The position numbers and the translations under genes were made by a program. A model generated the notes under the pieces. It was given only the letters and a program-made list of their open reading frames with translations. It did not search any database and was not told the DNA's origin. DNA of 64,000 nt. Origin: an uncultured delta proteobacterium. GTDB lineage: Bacteria > Desulfobacterota > Syntrophobacteria > Syntrophobacterales > Syntrophobacteraceae. Where the stretch lies: NCBI GenBank assembly GCA_963741035.1, contig CAVUGX010000043.1, positions 25,899 to 89,898 on the forward strand. The letters are read 5' to 3'. This document shows, one piece after another, positions 53,021 through 62,473 of the stretch (the stretch's first letter is position 1; each line of letters opens with the position of its first letter).

Positions 53021-54292
53021 CTAAGCTTGATGCCGTTGACGGAACGCAGCGCCATCATGCTCCCAGCCGCCGGGAACAGTCGCCGGATCGTAGAAAATGT
53101 AGGGGTTGAACCGCGGGGTATTAACCATGCGCGGATCTGGTTCCAGCTCGACTGCCTTGAGAAGCTCGCGCATGCTGAGGCGCTGAATCGTCTCTCCAAG
53201 GCGTTCGCGGTTCTTGCCTTCTTCCATCCACCAATCCCACAGTTTTTCGACGAAACCCTTGAACTCGGTGTAGGGAGACTCCATCTTCATAAACGGAATA
53301 ACAACGCTCGACATCTGCGCGCCGTCAAGAATAGGAGCCTTGGCGCCAAGCAGAATCGTTGCGCCCAGGTCAAGGCCCGGCCTCAAAGCGCGCGGCATCA
53401 CCCGAATACAGTGCATGCAGCGAACGCAGTCTTCATTGTAAATCTTGAGTGCTCCGTCATACTCCATGCAGCCGGTCGGGCAAAGATCGACTACTTCGGC
53501 CTTAATGTCGAAATCCTTGCGCTTGCCGCCGCCTCCGGCATGGGGAGAAAGTTCGCCACCAACATAGGCTTTGACCGCAGCCTGGTCAATGCGGATTTCG
53601 TCGCGCCAGGTCCCGATAATGGAACAGTCGGAACGTGCGATGGCCGCAACGCAGTCCATCGGGCAGCCGGACGCCTTGAACTTGAACTTGTAGGGGAACA
53701 TCGGCCGATGAAGAGCGTCCTGGAATTCCTGGGTAATGTCGTAAATAATGTCCTGAGTGTTGATGCATGACCACTCGCAACGGGACATGCCCAGGCAGCT
53801 TTCCGGGGTTCTCATATTGGAGCCCGAACCGCCGAGGTCCATTTCGAGCTCATGGGTCAGTTCGTAGAAAAGAGGCTCGAGCTGGTCGGTCGTGGTGCCG
53901 AGCAGAACAATGTCACCCGTTGAACCGTGCATGTTGGTCAGCCCGCTGCCGCGCGCATCCCACAACTGGCAAATCTTGCGCAGAACTTCCGTGTTGTAGT
54001 ACTTGCTTGCAGGCTGGTTTACGCGCACTGTGTGGAAGTGCGCAACACTGGGGAAAAGGTCGGGCCGGTCGCAGTAGCGGCCGATAACACCCCCGCCGTA
54101 GCCGAGGACGCCAACTATACCGCCGTGTTTCCAGTGGCCTTCCTTGTCCCTGAAAGACATCTCCATCAGGCCAAGCCAGTCCTCACACATTTTGTTGCCT
54201 TTGGCCGCCATTCTCTTAACGTCAGTTACGAAGCTCGGCCAGGGGCCCTTATCGAGCTCGTCAAGCATAGGGGTTGCATGTTTCAGTGCCAT
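53021..54292 (-). CDS. dsrA: Dissimilatory sulfite reductase alpha subunit
   Basis: The protein begins MALKHATPMLDELDKGPWPSFVTD and includes ...HWKHGGIVGVLGYGGGVIGRY, a reductive-type N-terminus. Confidence 0.92.
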   Translation of the reverse strand: MALKHATPMLDELDKGPWPSFVTDVKRMAAKGNKMCEDWLGLMEMSFRDKEGHWKHGGIVGVLGYGGGVIGRYCDRPDLFPSVAHFHTVRVNQPASKYYNTEVLRKICQLWDARGSGLTNMHGSTGDIVLLGTTTDQLEPLFYELTHELEMDLGGSGSNMRTPESCLGMSRCEWSCINTQDIIYDITQEFQDALHRPMFPYKFKFKASGCPMDCVAAIARSDCSIIGTWRDEIRIDQAAVKAYVGGELSPHAGGGGKRKDFDIKAEVVDLCPTGCMEYDGALKIYNEDCVRCMHCIRVMPRALRPGLDLGATILLGAKAPILDGAQMSSVVIPFMKMESPYTEFKGFVEKLWDWWMEEGKNRERLGETIQRLSMRELLKAVELEPDPRMVNTPRFNPYIFYDPATVPGGWEHDGAAFRQRHQA

Positions 54293-54485
54293 TCGTTTAC
54301 CTCCGTTAGTGTGTCTCTTCATCTGTCACTTGTACACATTTTGACACGGAATTCGATCCGTTAGCTTCTTCTCACCTCCCTTTCAAAGAACATATTCATA
54401 CTTATTAAAAAGAATGCCTCAAGTTTCGGTCTTCATTCAAATTCGCGACTGGAAGACTCATCGGCGGGTCGGGGAAGGCAGGGTC

Positions 54486-54722
54486 TTAGTTCATTCCCTC
54501 TTCTTCTTTCGCTACATCGCCTTCGCTGGGGAGCATGTACATGGTCGTGCTGCCGCTCGACCAATACTTGAGCTTCCCTTCGCTCACCAGCTCGTTTATG
54601 ATTTTCTTGGCCGCCATCATCTTGATTTCGGGGACGGCCTTGCAAAGGTCGTTAAAATAGAGTTTGGTCTTCTTCTGCTGTTTTACCCACTCAATAATTT
54701 TTTGCTTTGCATCTTCGCTCAT
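54486..54722 (-). CDS. dsrD: DsrD
   Basis: The 78 aa protein carries AKQKIIEWV...KLYFNDL...KKIINELVSEGKLKYWSSGSTTMYML, which matches the DsrD winged-helix signature YWSSGSTTMY. Confidence 0.88.
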   Translation of the reverse strand: MSEDAKQKIIEWVKQQKKTKLYFNDLCKAVPEIKMMAAKKIINELVSEGKLKYWSSGSTTMYMLPSEGDVAKEEEGMN

Positions 54723-55111
54723 TCGTTTGCTCTCCTGTTAGTCGCCTTTGTTTGAACAAAACGGGACGATGCTCTCATCCTCGGTTAAGGTCGGAAAAAT
54801 TGCGCCGGTCGCGAAAAGCGCCGGAAAACCAACGCTTAACTATCCGGTGGCCTCTTGTCAATAAAGGAAAACGATTTATTCAACAGTACCCGGTTGTTGG
54901 CGAAAAAATCAACGGCGCGAGCTCGAGTGCTTGAGCATGAGCTTTTCAACGGGGAAGCCGTGAGTTAGAATGTCTCGATTGGCACGGTTCGCGGTGCGTG
55001 GACAATAGGTATCGGGACTGCACTCATCAGCGAAAAGCACCGGGGATCGGAGATTTTCCGCTTCTCTTTGCTCGAACCTCGTTCATATACTCCAAAGAAA
55101 GAGAAAATACA

Positions 55112-55717
55112 ATGACAAATACCTCCAAGGAAACAGACGCCAAACTCAACCTGTACATCAAATTCTTAAAAGAGAGGCTTTTCTTCGAACCAGCCTCGGA
55201 AACCTTGCACTATAATCTCGGACTGGCCTACACCCATAAGGGTCTTATCGATGAAGCCATCTCGGAATTCAAGCAGTCCCTCGAATGCAACCCGAATCTG
55301 GCCCAGGCCTATGTGAACCTGGGCGGCCTCTATATGACAGCCGAGGCCGACCCTGCAAAAAGCATAGAGGCGAACCTCAAGGCATTGGAACTTGACCCGG
55401 ATCTTGCCCCTGCTCACAGCAACCTGGCCTTTGGCTATCTACGAGGCGGGCAGCCGGAAAAGGCAATCCTCCACGGCCAAAAAGCACTCGAACTCATACC
55501 CGACTCTCCGCAGGCTTATCAACTGCTTGCCACCGCGTATCTGCAAGCGGGTCAGGCTGAAGCCTCAGCCGAGCTTTCGATGAAAATGATCGAGGCGGAC
55601 GGCTCGTTTGCGGCAGCACATTTCAACCTTGCTACCGCTCTGCGCGCACTGGGCAAAGACCGGCAGGCCGATGAACATGCCAAAAAAGCCAAAGAACTGG
55701 GGTACCAAAGCGAATAA
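55112..55717 (+). CDS. Tetratricopeptide repeat protein
   Basis: Repeated TPR-like A/L/Y/G patterns are present (NLGLAYTHKGLIDEAI, AYVNLGGLY, AHSNLAFGY, AYQLLATAY, AHFNLATAL). Confidence 0.7.
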   Translation: MTNTSKETDAKLNLYIKFLKERLFFEPASETLHYNLGLAYTHKGLIDEAISEFKQSLECNPNLAQAYVNLGGLYMTAEADPAKSIEANLKALELDPDLAPAHSNLAFGYLRGGQPEKAILHGQKALELIPDSPQAYQLLATAYLQAGQAEASAELSMKMIEADGSFAAAHFNLATALRALGKDRQADEHAKKAKELGYQSE

Positions 55718-55785
55718 GTCCTACAAGAACGATAGGACATATTCTTTTTTTGCTCCGACATCAGTGCCCAATTTTTGAGGAAACG

Positions 55786-56283
55786 ATGCAAATAACAAAA
55801 AATAGCTTTGTTGTCATAGAATACAGTCTGCGCCTGGATGACGGTTGGTTTGTGAAAGGCGAAAATGCCCCGGCGTCTATGAATTTCATCGCAGGATACG
55901 GCCAAATTCTTCCAGCCCTGGAAAATGGGCTGATCGGGCTCGAGCAGGGGGCGCAGGCAGAGCTTAAGATCCCCGCCCGGGAGGGCTTCGGCGATCGCGA
56001 CGAGGGGCTGGTGAGGACCATGTCCCTTTCAGAATTTCCCGCCGGCCGCGGTCTGGAGCCCGGCAGGTGGGCGACAGCCAAGAACGAAGCTACCGGGGCA
56101 CAATACAGCTATCTTGTCTGCGAAAAAACGGATTCGACCATTACGGTGGACTACAACCATCCTCTGGCGGGAAAAGACCTCAATTACAGTCTCCGGGTGG
56201 TGCTGGTGAGGCTGGCGCTGGCCGACGAATTGGAATATGTACGCCCGTGCGAACATGGGCAGGCGGCCTCACAGGAAGATTAG
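55786..56283 (+). CDS. FKBP-type peptidyl-prolyl isomerase, SlyD-like
   Basis: The protein begins MQITKNSFVVIEYSLRLDDG and includes ...VDYNHPLAGKDLNYSLRVV. Confidence 0.8.
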   Translation: MQITKNSFVVIEYSLRLDDGWFVKGENAPASMNFIAGYGQILPALENGLIGLEQGAQAELKIPAREGFGDRDEGLVRTMSLSEFPAGRGLEPGRWATAKNEATGAQYSYLVCEKTDSTITVDYNHPLAGKDLNYSLRVVLVRLALADELEYVRPCEHGQAASQED

Positions 56284-56365
56284 CCTGTTTTCGTGTGCCC
56301 GGTCGCCGCAGCAGAGGCGCAAGCCCGTGCGAAGGCGTATCGATCACTCTGCTTCGAAAAGTTCT

Positions 56366-56397
56366 TTCACGCGGAGACGCGGAGACGCAGAGAAAAG
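56366..56397. repeat. Octamer tandem repeat / solo cassette arm (ttcac GCGGAGAC GCGGAGAC GCAGAGAA aag)
   Basis: Its ends (TTCACGCGGAG ... GCAGAGAAAAG) resemble the termini of the 14760-14848 arm. Confidence 0.5.
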
Positions 56398-56794
56398 ATG
56401 CGCACGGATAAATCGGAAGACACAGGCATGGGTTTGCGCGTTCGCAGCGCCGGGTCTTTTCATGGTTTCAGGGTGACCCGAAGGGACATAAAAAGCTGCT
56501 ACGTTCCTTTTTCATATCCAATAAAGTGCCCTTTGCGTCTAAGATCGAGGGATCCGGATCAGATGGAAAACTCGATCGTTACATCTTGCGGTGATTCATA
56601 CATCGCTCACCGTTCGTGGCTTCTTTTTTGCATGCAGACAATGAGGGCGCCTGATTCTTTAATGCGAGCAGCATTTATCAGCCAGCCTATTTATATGCGG
56701 CCGGACAGGTGATATAAGAGCCTTTCTTTGTGGACTGTCCGCGATTTTGTCTGCCGGTACAGCGGTCCTATAACCTGACATAAGGATAAAAACT

Positions 56795-58039
56795 ATGGGG
56801 AGAAGTGCTCTGATTGTCATGGCCGCCTGTTTGCTGTCGATGAGCGCATCGGGCGCGCGGGCGGATGTAACCGTTAGTGAACAACGGGTGACAGTCCCTG
56901 CAGAAAAGCGGGTGACCGGAGGGCCCGAAGGGTGGAGGGCAACCCCCCATTATCGCGTCAACAAAGCCGCGGCCGCTCCCGGGGGCGCCCGACCGGAATA
57001 CATAACCGGCCAGGGTTACGAGCCTGCCCAGATTCTGGCTGCTTATGGGATAAGCGGTACTGGAGCCGGGCAGACTGTCGCCATTGTCGATGCGTGCGGG
57101 AGTCCCGGTATTGCCGCCGATCTGGCGGCGTTTAATTCAGCCTATGGTTTGCCGGCCGCAACTTTGAATATTATCCCCGTAAGCGGGACGTATAATGACT
57201 GTTCCGGTGGCAACGCCACCAGTTGGGCTTTCGAAACGAGCCTGGATGTCGAATGGGTGCATGCGCTTGCGCCCGAAGCAACGATCGATCTTGTGGTCGC
57301 GTCAAGCGACTACTTCTCGGACCTGTTCACCGCCGTCCAGTATGCGGGGCAGAGTCTGCATGCCCAGGTCGTGAGCATGAGCTGGGGCGGCACGGAATTT
57401 TCCTATGAAAGGTATTTCGGTTACATATTCGAAAATCCCGGAACGGTGTTCGTTGCATCAGGCGGGGACGCCGGGTCCGGGACCGAGTACCCTGCCACCT
57501 CCCCGGACGTAGTGGCTGTGGGCGGCACGAGCCTTTATCTTCAACCGGGGACCGGAACGCTCAAGTGGCCTGAGGTCGCCTGGGAAGACTCCGGGGGCGG
57601 ACCGAGTCAATTTGAGGCCAAGCCCCGTTACCAGACCGCGTTTGGCATCCCCGGCACCGCCAAACGCTGCATTCCGGATGTGGCTTTTGCCGGCGACCCT
57701 TATACAGGCGTTCTGGTATATGACAGCAATTACGATCCTTCTTCCGGGAACGTGTGGATAGTCGGCGGCACCAGCCTGTCGGCCCAATGCTGGGCGGCAA
57801 TTATAGCCCTTGCCGATCAGGGCCGCGCCGCCGCCAAGCTCGCACCCTTGACGGACGGCCACAACGCCCTCTACCAACTGGCCGGAACCAGAAAGAGGTA
57901 TAATCGCCACGGTTTTTATCGCGACATTACCTGGGGATACAACGGAAATTATGCCGCGACGAGAGGCTACGACTTTGTTACCGGCCTTGGCTCTCCACTG
58001 GCCGGCGCTCTTATTCCGAACCTGGCAATCTGGCAATAA
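56795..58039 (+). CDS. Secreted S53 (sedolisin/kumamolisin-like) serine peptidase, copy 1
   Basis: A signal peptide is present. The catalytic motifs are ETSLDVEW (Glu/Asp), SGGDAGSG (Asp) and GGTSLSAQ (Ser). Confidence 0.75.
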   Translation: MGRSALIVMAACLLSMSASGARADVTVSEQRVTVPAEKRVTGGPEGWRATPHYRVNKAAAAPGGARPEYITGQGYEPAQILAAYGISGTGAGQTVAIVDACGSPGIAADLAAFNSAYGLPAATLNIIPVSGTYNDCSGGNATSWAFETSLDVEWVHALAPEATIDLVVASSDYFSDLFTAVQYAGQSLHAQVVSMSWGGTEFSYERYFGYIFENPGTVFVASGGDAGSGTEYPATSPDVVAVGGTSLYLQPGTGTLKWPEVAWEDSGGGPSQFEAKPRYQTAFGIPGTAKRCIPDVAFAGDPYTGVLVYDSNYDPSSGNVWIVGGTSLSAQCWAAIIALADQGRAAAKLAPLTDGHNALYQLAGTRKRYNRHGFYRDITWGYNGNYAATRGYDFVTGLGSPLAGALIPNLAIWQ

Positions 58040-58110
58040 TGAACTAATAAGACCGCTCCGGCGCCCGCGCGTCAAGAGCGGTTCAATACTTTGGAACCAA
58101 GGAGGCAACG

Positions 58111-59253
58111 ATGAGGTTGACATTCCTGATTGCTATGGTCAGCGGTCTGTTCCTGGTGAGCGCATCGGGCTTGTGCGCGGGAAATCTGCCGGGCGCCCCC
58201 GAAGGGTGGGCGGCAACTCCGTCACTGCACGTCAAAGGCCACGGGGGGCCTGTCAAGAATATGCAACCGGATTTAATAACCGGCTACGGTTACCTCCCTG
58301 CACAGATTAAGGCTGCCTATGGGATAAACGGTACCGGCGCCGGACAGACGATCGCCATTGTCGATGCTTATGGAAGCCCGACTATATACGAGGACCTGTC
58401 GGCCTTCTGCCGGACATACAAGTTGCCGCAGGCAAATTTGCAAGTTCACTATATGGGGACCACGGGGTCTGACGCCAACTGGGCCCTGGAAACGAGCCTG
58501 GATGTCGAATGGGCGCATGCGCTTGCCCCCGGCGCAGTAATTTTGCTTGTAGTAGCTCAATCCGCCAGCGCTACCGATTTGTTTGCCGCCGTCCAGTATG
58601 CGGGACAGAATGCTCAGGTCGTCAGCATGAGCTGGGGCGGCGATGAGTTTTCCGATGAAGCCAGCTTAGACAGCGCTTTGCAACACCCCGGAACAGTATT
58701 TGTTGCGGCGAGCGGTGACTCGGGGTCCGGGGCCCAGTACCCGGCAGCGTCCCCGAACGTAGTGGCTGCGGGCGGCACGACTCTTTACCTCAAGCCGAAC
58801 ACCGGAGTGCTCAAGTTCCCCGAAACGGCATGGGAGGGGTCAGGCGGCGGCATCAGCCAATACGAGTTTATTCCTTCTTACCAAGCCATGTTGGGCATCG
58901 GAGGCGCTAACCGCTGCATCCCGGATGTGGCTTTTGCCGCCGACCCCAATACGGGTGTGTGGGTTTATGACCAGGGCTGGTCTGTCGTGGGCGGCACCAG
59001 TGTAGCGGCGCCCTGTTGGGCCGCGGTCGTGGCCCTTGTCAATCAGGCGCGCGCCGCCAAACACCAGGCGCTTTTAACGGACGGCCACCAGGAACTCTAC
59101 GATCTGGCCGTAACCAGTTACCGGAAATGTTACCACGACATCACAGCGGGATTTAACGGGGATTTTGCGGCGGGGTATGGCTATGACCTTATTACAGGCC
59201 TCGGCTCTCCAAGGGCAAGAGCGCTGGTCTCTGCTTTAAGGTCCATTCCGTAA
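58111..59253 (+). CDS. Secreted S53 (sedolisin/kumamolisin-like) serine peptidase, copy 2 (tandem paralogue)
   Basis: AAGGAGG precedes the ATG. The motifs are ETSLDVEW, SGDSGSG and GGTSVAAP. It is collinear with copy 1. Confidence 0.75.
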   Translation: MRLTFLIAMVSGLFLVSASGLCAGNLPGAPEGWAATPSLHVKGHGGPVKNMQPDLITGYGYLPAQIKAAYGINGTGAGQTIAIVDAYGSPTIYEDLSAFCRTYKLPQANLQVHYMGTTGSDANWALETSLDVEWAHALAPGAVILLVVAQSASATDLFAAVQYAGQNAQVVSMSWGGDEFSDEASLDSALQHPGTVFVAASGDSGSGAQYPAASPNVVAAGGTTLYLKPNTGVLKFPETAWEGSGGGISQYEFIPSYQAMLGIGGANRCIPDVAFAADPNTGVWVYDQGWSVVGGTSVAAPCWAAVVALVNQARAAKHQALLTDGHQELYDLAVTSYRKCYHDITAGFNGDFAAGYGYDLITGLGSPRARALVSALRSIP

Positions 59254-59456
59254 CGCCTGGCCGGTCCTCTTCGACGCGGTTATGGGGGAAGGGGATGAGG
59301 CGGACGGACCGCCTGAATTCGGTCACAGTGTCCCAGCGCCCCGGTGTCAGCGCCAGGTCCTGTTTTCCTGCCGGCAGGTCATTTCGGCCTCTTCAATGTT
59401 GAGCAGGTCATAGATCCGGCGAAGCTCATGCGGGCGATCATGATTTGCCTCCCGCG

Positions 59457-60536
59457 TCAGTCAACCCTGCCGAACAGCTCTTTCATGCGCAGCAGCAGAG
59501 ACATGTCTCCTGTAGCCTTATACTTTCGCTTCATAAACAACCATTTTCCGTCGGATTTGCCTGTTGTCACATCCATCCAGAGCTCAAAGGGCGATTCGAC
59601 GATCAAATCAGGCTTTTCCGGCGCCCCCTCTTTGGCCTCGATCTTTGCGTCTTCAATCCTGAAATGACAGCTCCCCACGACTTCGCCGGAAAAGGTGAAC
59701 TGGATGACGGCCCTGGTCTGTGCGGCGCGCTCGGGGTTGAAGCCCCTTAACATTATCATCATGAAGGTTTCGATTGAATCAGGACGCGGGACCAGATTGC
59801 GCTGATGAAACTGCCTCGGCGTTAACCCTTCCCGGATGCAGGACTTCCAAAACAGATTGGCCATAACCGAGTAGGAGTCAAAATCACCTCCGACGGGCTG
59901 AGTTATCCCTTCCATCGTTGCCGCGCAGATACCTCCGGATTGTACGATTTCCCGGCCGGCCTGGACAGTTGCCTTCAGGATGTCTTTTTTTGCCTCGGCG
60001 AGTTCGGGCAGGGTAAGCATTTCGGCCCCCGGCCGGTAGATCTCCGCCAGTAGATCCTTGCGGAACAGGAAGTTGACATACCGGGAAAGTTGGTCAAAGA
60101 CCGATGGCTCGGGGAAACCTGCCACCGAAAGGACTATACTTCGCGGAGCGTTGAGATTATGACGCAGCGGGTGAAAGCTCTTCCCGTCCCGCCTGTGGAT
60201 AAAAGGCTCCAGAACCGGCAGCGTGCGTTCAATGAAAGCCTTCATGGAAGCGTTCACGGTGAAGTGGTACAAGGGGGTCGCATACACCGCGACGTCGGCC
60301 TCCAACCATTTCGGGAACAACTCACGCGTCATGTCGTCCTTGTGAATGCAGATTCCCGGAGACTTCGACCAACAGGTGAAGCAGCCAATGCAGTTGTTTA
60401 TCTTTTTTTGACGCAGATGGATCGTCTCTACCTGCGCTCCGGCCTCGCGCATGCCTTCCACCAATGCGTCCAGCAACATGCCGGTCTTGCTGATGCCCTC
60501 ATCTCTGGGGCTGGAGTTAAGAGCGATCACTTTCAT
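59457..60536 (-). CDS. Flavodoxin-like FMN reductase / iron-sulfur flavoprotein fused to an SCP2 sterol-carrier-like domain
   Basis: The N-terminus is MKVIALNSSPRDEG...CIGCFTCW. The C-terminal ~100 aa, ...WMDVTTGKSDGKWLFMKRKYKATGDMSLLLRMKELF, has the SCP2 pattern. Confidence 0.7.
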   Translation of the reverse strand: MKVIALNSSPRDEGISKTGMLLDALVEGMREAGAQVETIHLRQKKINNCIGCFTCWSKSPGICIHKDDMTRELFPKWLEADVAVYATPLYHFTVNASMKAFIERTLPVLEPFIHRRDGKSFHPLRHNLNAPRSIVLSVAGFPEPSVFDQLSRYVNFLFRKDLLAEIYRPGAEMLTLPELAEAKKDILKATVQAGREIVQSGGICAATMEGITQPVGGDFDSYSVMANLFWKSCIREGLTPRQFHQRNLVPRPDSIETFMMIMLRGFNPERAAQTRAVIQFTFSGEVVGSCHFRIEDAKIEAKEGAPEKPDLIVESPFELWMDVTTGKSDGKWLFMKRKYKATGDMSLLLRMKELFGRVD

Positions 60537-61788
60537 GGCGGTCTCCTAATGTAATGATCCTATCCACCTTGGATTTGACCATCATTTTCACCAGTCCCGG
60601 CGTGGTGATTTTCCCCCGGGCTCTTCCCAGCTTAATAGAGGTATCGATGATATCTTTGGGTACCTCTCGTTGTTCAGATGGAGGCTTTCGAACCAACGTA
60701 AGCGAACCGGCAGGGCAGGTGGAAACGCAGAGTCCGCAGCCGATGCAGCGATCGACATCCAACAGTACTGCGTCGGCTTCGAGCTTCAGGGCGTCCATCT
60801 GGCAGCGATCCACGCAGACCCCGCAAGTTTTACAGTTTTCAGGATTATAGGCTGCAAAAAAAGGGCTGGACACCATTGCGGCCGGCCTGGCCTGACGTTT
60901 GAAGAATTTCAGGACCTGACAACAGCAGCCGCAACAGAGACAAATCCACAGAGCATCCTTGGCGTTGGCGGGCTGAAGGACGAGACCGGCCTTATCGGCC
61001 CATTTGAGAATATCCAGTGTCTCCTGCAGGTCAATCTCCCGGCCCACACCATTGCGTTTCCGATAGTCCACCGCCATGCCGAATCCCAAACAACTCTCCT
61101 CCCGTTTGTCACACCCCTTTCCCACCATAGTGTGCTCACGGCGGCAGATGCAGGGGCCAACAGAGAATTTCTTCTGGGCCCGGACCATTTCCTCGGCCAT
61201 CTCGTACGGCAGCACTTCAAGTTCCGGAGTCACACTGCGACCTACAGGAATGGTACGCATCTGAGGGACCTTCCATGCCTGTTCGGAAAGGGCCGGAAAA
61301 TATTCGCTCATATCCTGTATAAGCTCTTTGTCCAGATCGTTAACGTGGTACTCCCAGATCCCTACAAGATACTGGGCTGCCATGTAGCTTATGGAACCCG
61401 TTCCCAGTTCCCTTCTCAAAATAAGACCCTTTTTCGCCATCTCCTCCAGACGCTCAGCGGCCTCATCCCGAGGCATCCCCGCCCTGCGCGCAACGACCCG
61501 TGGTTCCTCGGGAAGCAGGGTGAGATGAAGGGCAAGTTCTGCTTCCCGCGGGGTAAAGAGCCTCTTCAGGATACGCAGTTCCACTCCGCTTTCAGTTGGT
61601 GGAAAGCCGCCCGGGAGGTTGTCCAGATGCTTGGCCAGTTTTTTATAGATTTCCTCTTCCACGGCATGCTCCTTTTCCAAAAGGTGTGACGGTGAAAAGT
61701 TGTCGAGTGTCCGCCAGCCGGTGCCGGTCCCGTGGGGCGCCAGGGGGCGGTCTTTGCTGTACGAGTGGATCGCTTCACACGTTTTCAT
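60517..61788 (-). CDS. Fe-S protein with an N-terminal winged-helix-like region and a C-terminal 2x[4Fe-4S] ferredoxin domain
   Basis: The ferredoxin motifs are CKTCGVCVDRC and CIGCGLCVSTCP, with additional Cys clusters CICRRE...C...C and CLCCGCCC. The start is uncertain. The gene overlaps both neighbours, which suggests an operon. Confidence 0.7.
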   Translation of the reverse strand: MKTCEAIHSYSKDRPLAPHGTGTGWRTLDNFSPSHLLEKEHAVEEEIYKKLAKHLDNLPGGFPPTESGVELRILKRLFTPREAELALHLTLLPEEPRVVARRAGMPRDEAAERLEEMAKKGLILRRELGTGSISYMAAQYLVGIWEYHVNDLDKELIQDMSEYFPALSEQAWKVPQMRTIPVGRSVTPELEVLPYEMAEEMVRAQKKFSVGPCICRREHTMVGKGCDKREESCLGFGMAVDYRKRNGVGREIDLQETLDILKWADKAGLVLQPANAKDALWICLCCGCCCQVLKFFKRQARPAAMVSSPFFAAYNPENCKTCGVCVDRCQMDALKLEADAVLLDVDRCIGCGLCVSTCPAGSLTLVRKPPSEQREVPKDIIDTSIKLGRARGKITTPGLVKMMVKSKVDRIITLGDRHESDRS

Positions 61789-62299
61789 CTTTCAGGGCCG
61801 CGGTCATCATGGAGATATCGCGGGCCAGATTCTCAAAATAGCGAACACCCATCTGAAAGCAGAGGTACTGGAAGCGGTCCGCGCGGGCTTCAATCTGCGG
61901 GCGGGCAGCCTCGAGTTCTTTGCGCAGCCCCTCGACGGAATCGCGTTGCGCGCGAGCAATCGCCTCCCGTTCTTCGGGGCAGAGATGGGCGAAAAAGAAA
62001 AGCCTCATCAAGAAAGTACTCCTGGGTTGCTCGGGGACAAACGGGGATTTCAGGGTGTCGAGGAAAACCCTCTTTCCAGCTTCAGTTATGGTGTAAATTT
62101 TGCGGTTTGGCGGCCCGTCCTGGATCTCAACCTGCTTGGAGATCAACCCCTTGGACTCCATCTTCTTGAGGCTCGGGTAAATGGAGCCGTAGCTCAGTCC
62201 TGAGAAAAACGAAAACGACATTGAGAAAGCTTTCCTGAGATCGTAGCCCGTCATGCTCGAGCGCATAAGAAAACCGAGTAGAACCGATTGAACGTCCAT
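61775..62299 (-). CDS. PadR family transcriptional regulator
   Basis: The sequence LLGFLMRSSMTGYDLRKAF...GSIYPSLKKMESKGLI...KIYTITEAGK is the PadR winged-helix signature. Confidence 0.85.
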   Translation of the reverse strand: MDVQSVLLGFLMRSSMTGYDLRKAFSMSFSFFSGLSYGSIYPSLKKMESKGLISKQVEIQDGPPNRKIYTITEAGKRVFLDTLKSPFVPEQPRSTFLMRLFFFAHLCPEEREAIARAQRDSVEGLRKELEAARPQIEARADRFQYLCFQMGVRYFENLARDISMMTAALKDENV

Positions 62300-62440
62300 A
62301 GGGCCTCCGTTTTAGATCAATATGATATATATCGACTCGATATGTGTCAAGAAAAAATATATCTGAAAAGGCTGTAAAATTTTACTCCGGTCGCAACCAC
62401 AAAAAGGAGGGTCTTCCGGCAAATGAGCACCTCCAATATT

Positions 62441-62473
62441 TTTCACGCGAAGACGCGAAGACGCGAAGAAAGA
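62441..62473. repeat. Octamer tandem repeat (tttcac GCGAAGAC GCGAAGAC GCGAAGAA ag), left arm of a decayed inverted-repeat cassette
   Basis: The terminus tttcacgcgaag is the reverse complement, at 11 of 12 positions, of cttcgcgtgcaa at 62781-62792. Confidence 0.55.

Noticed and set aside
51890-53770. 626 aa plus-strand ORF, the longest unassigned ORF in the track
   Set aside because: It lies entirely antisense to dsrB and dsrA, whose minus-strand translations carry textbook motifs. Its own translation is Arg/Gly/Ala-rich with no recognisable motif. It is interpreted as a shadow ORF typical of GC-rich coding DNA.
59254-59456. Possible gene fragment in the spacer after the second S53 peptidase
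   Set aside because: Only short open stretches are present, and no motif was recognised.
60670-61689. 339 aa plus-strand ORF
   Set aside because: It is antisense to the Fe-S protein gene, which has clear ferredoxin CxxCxxCxxxC motifs. It has no motifs of its own.
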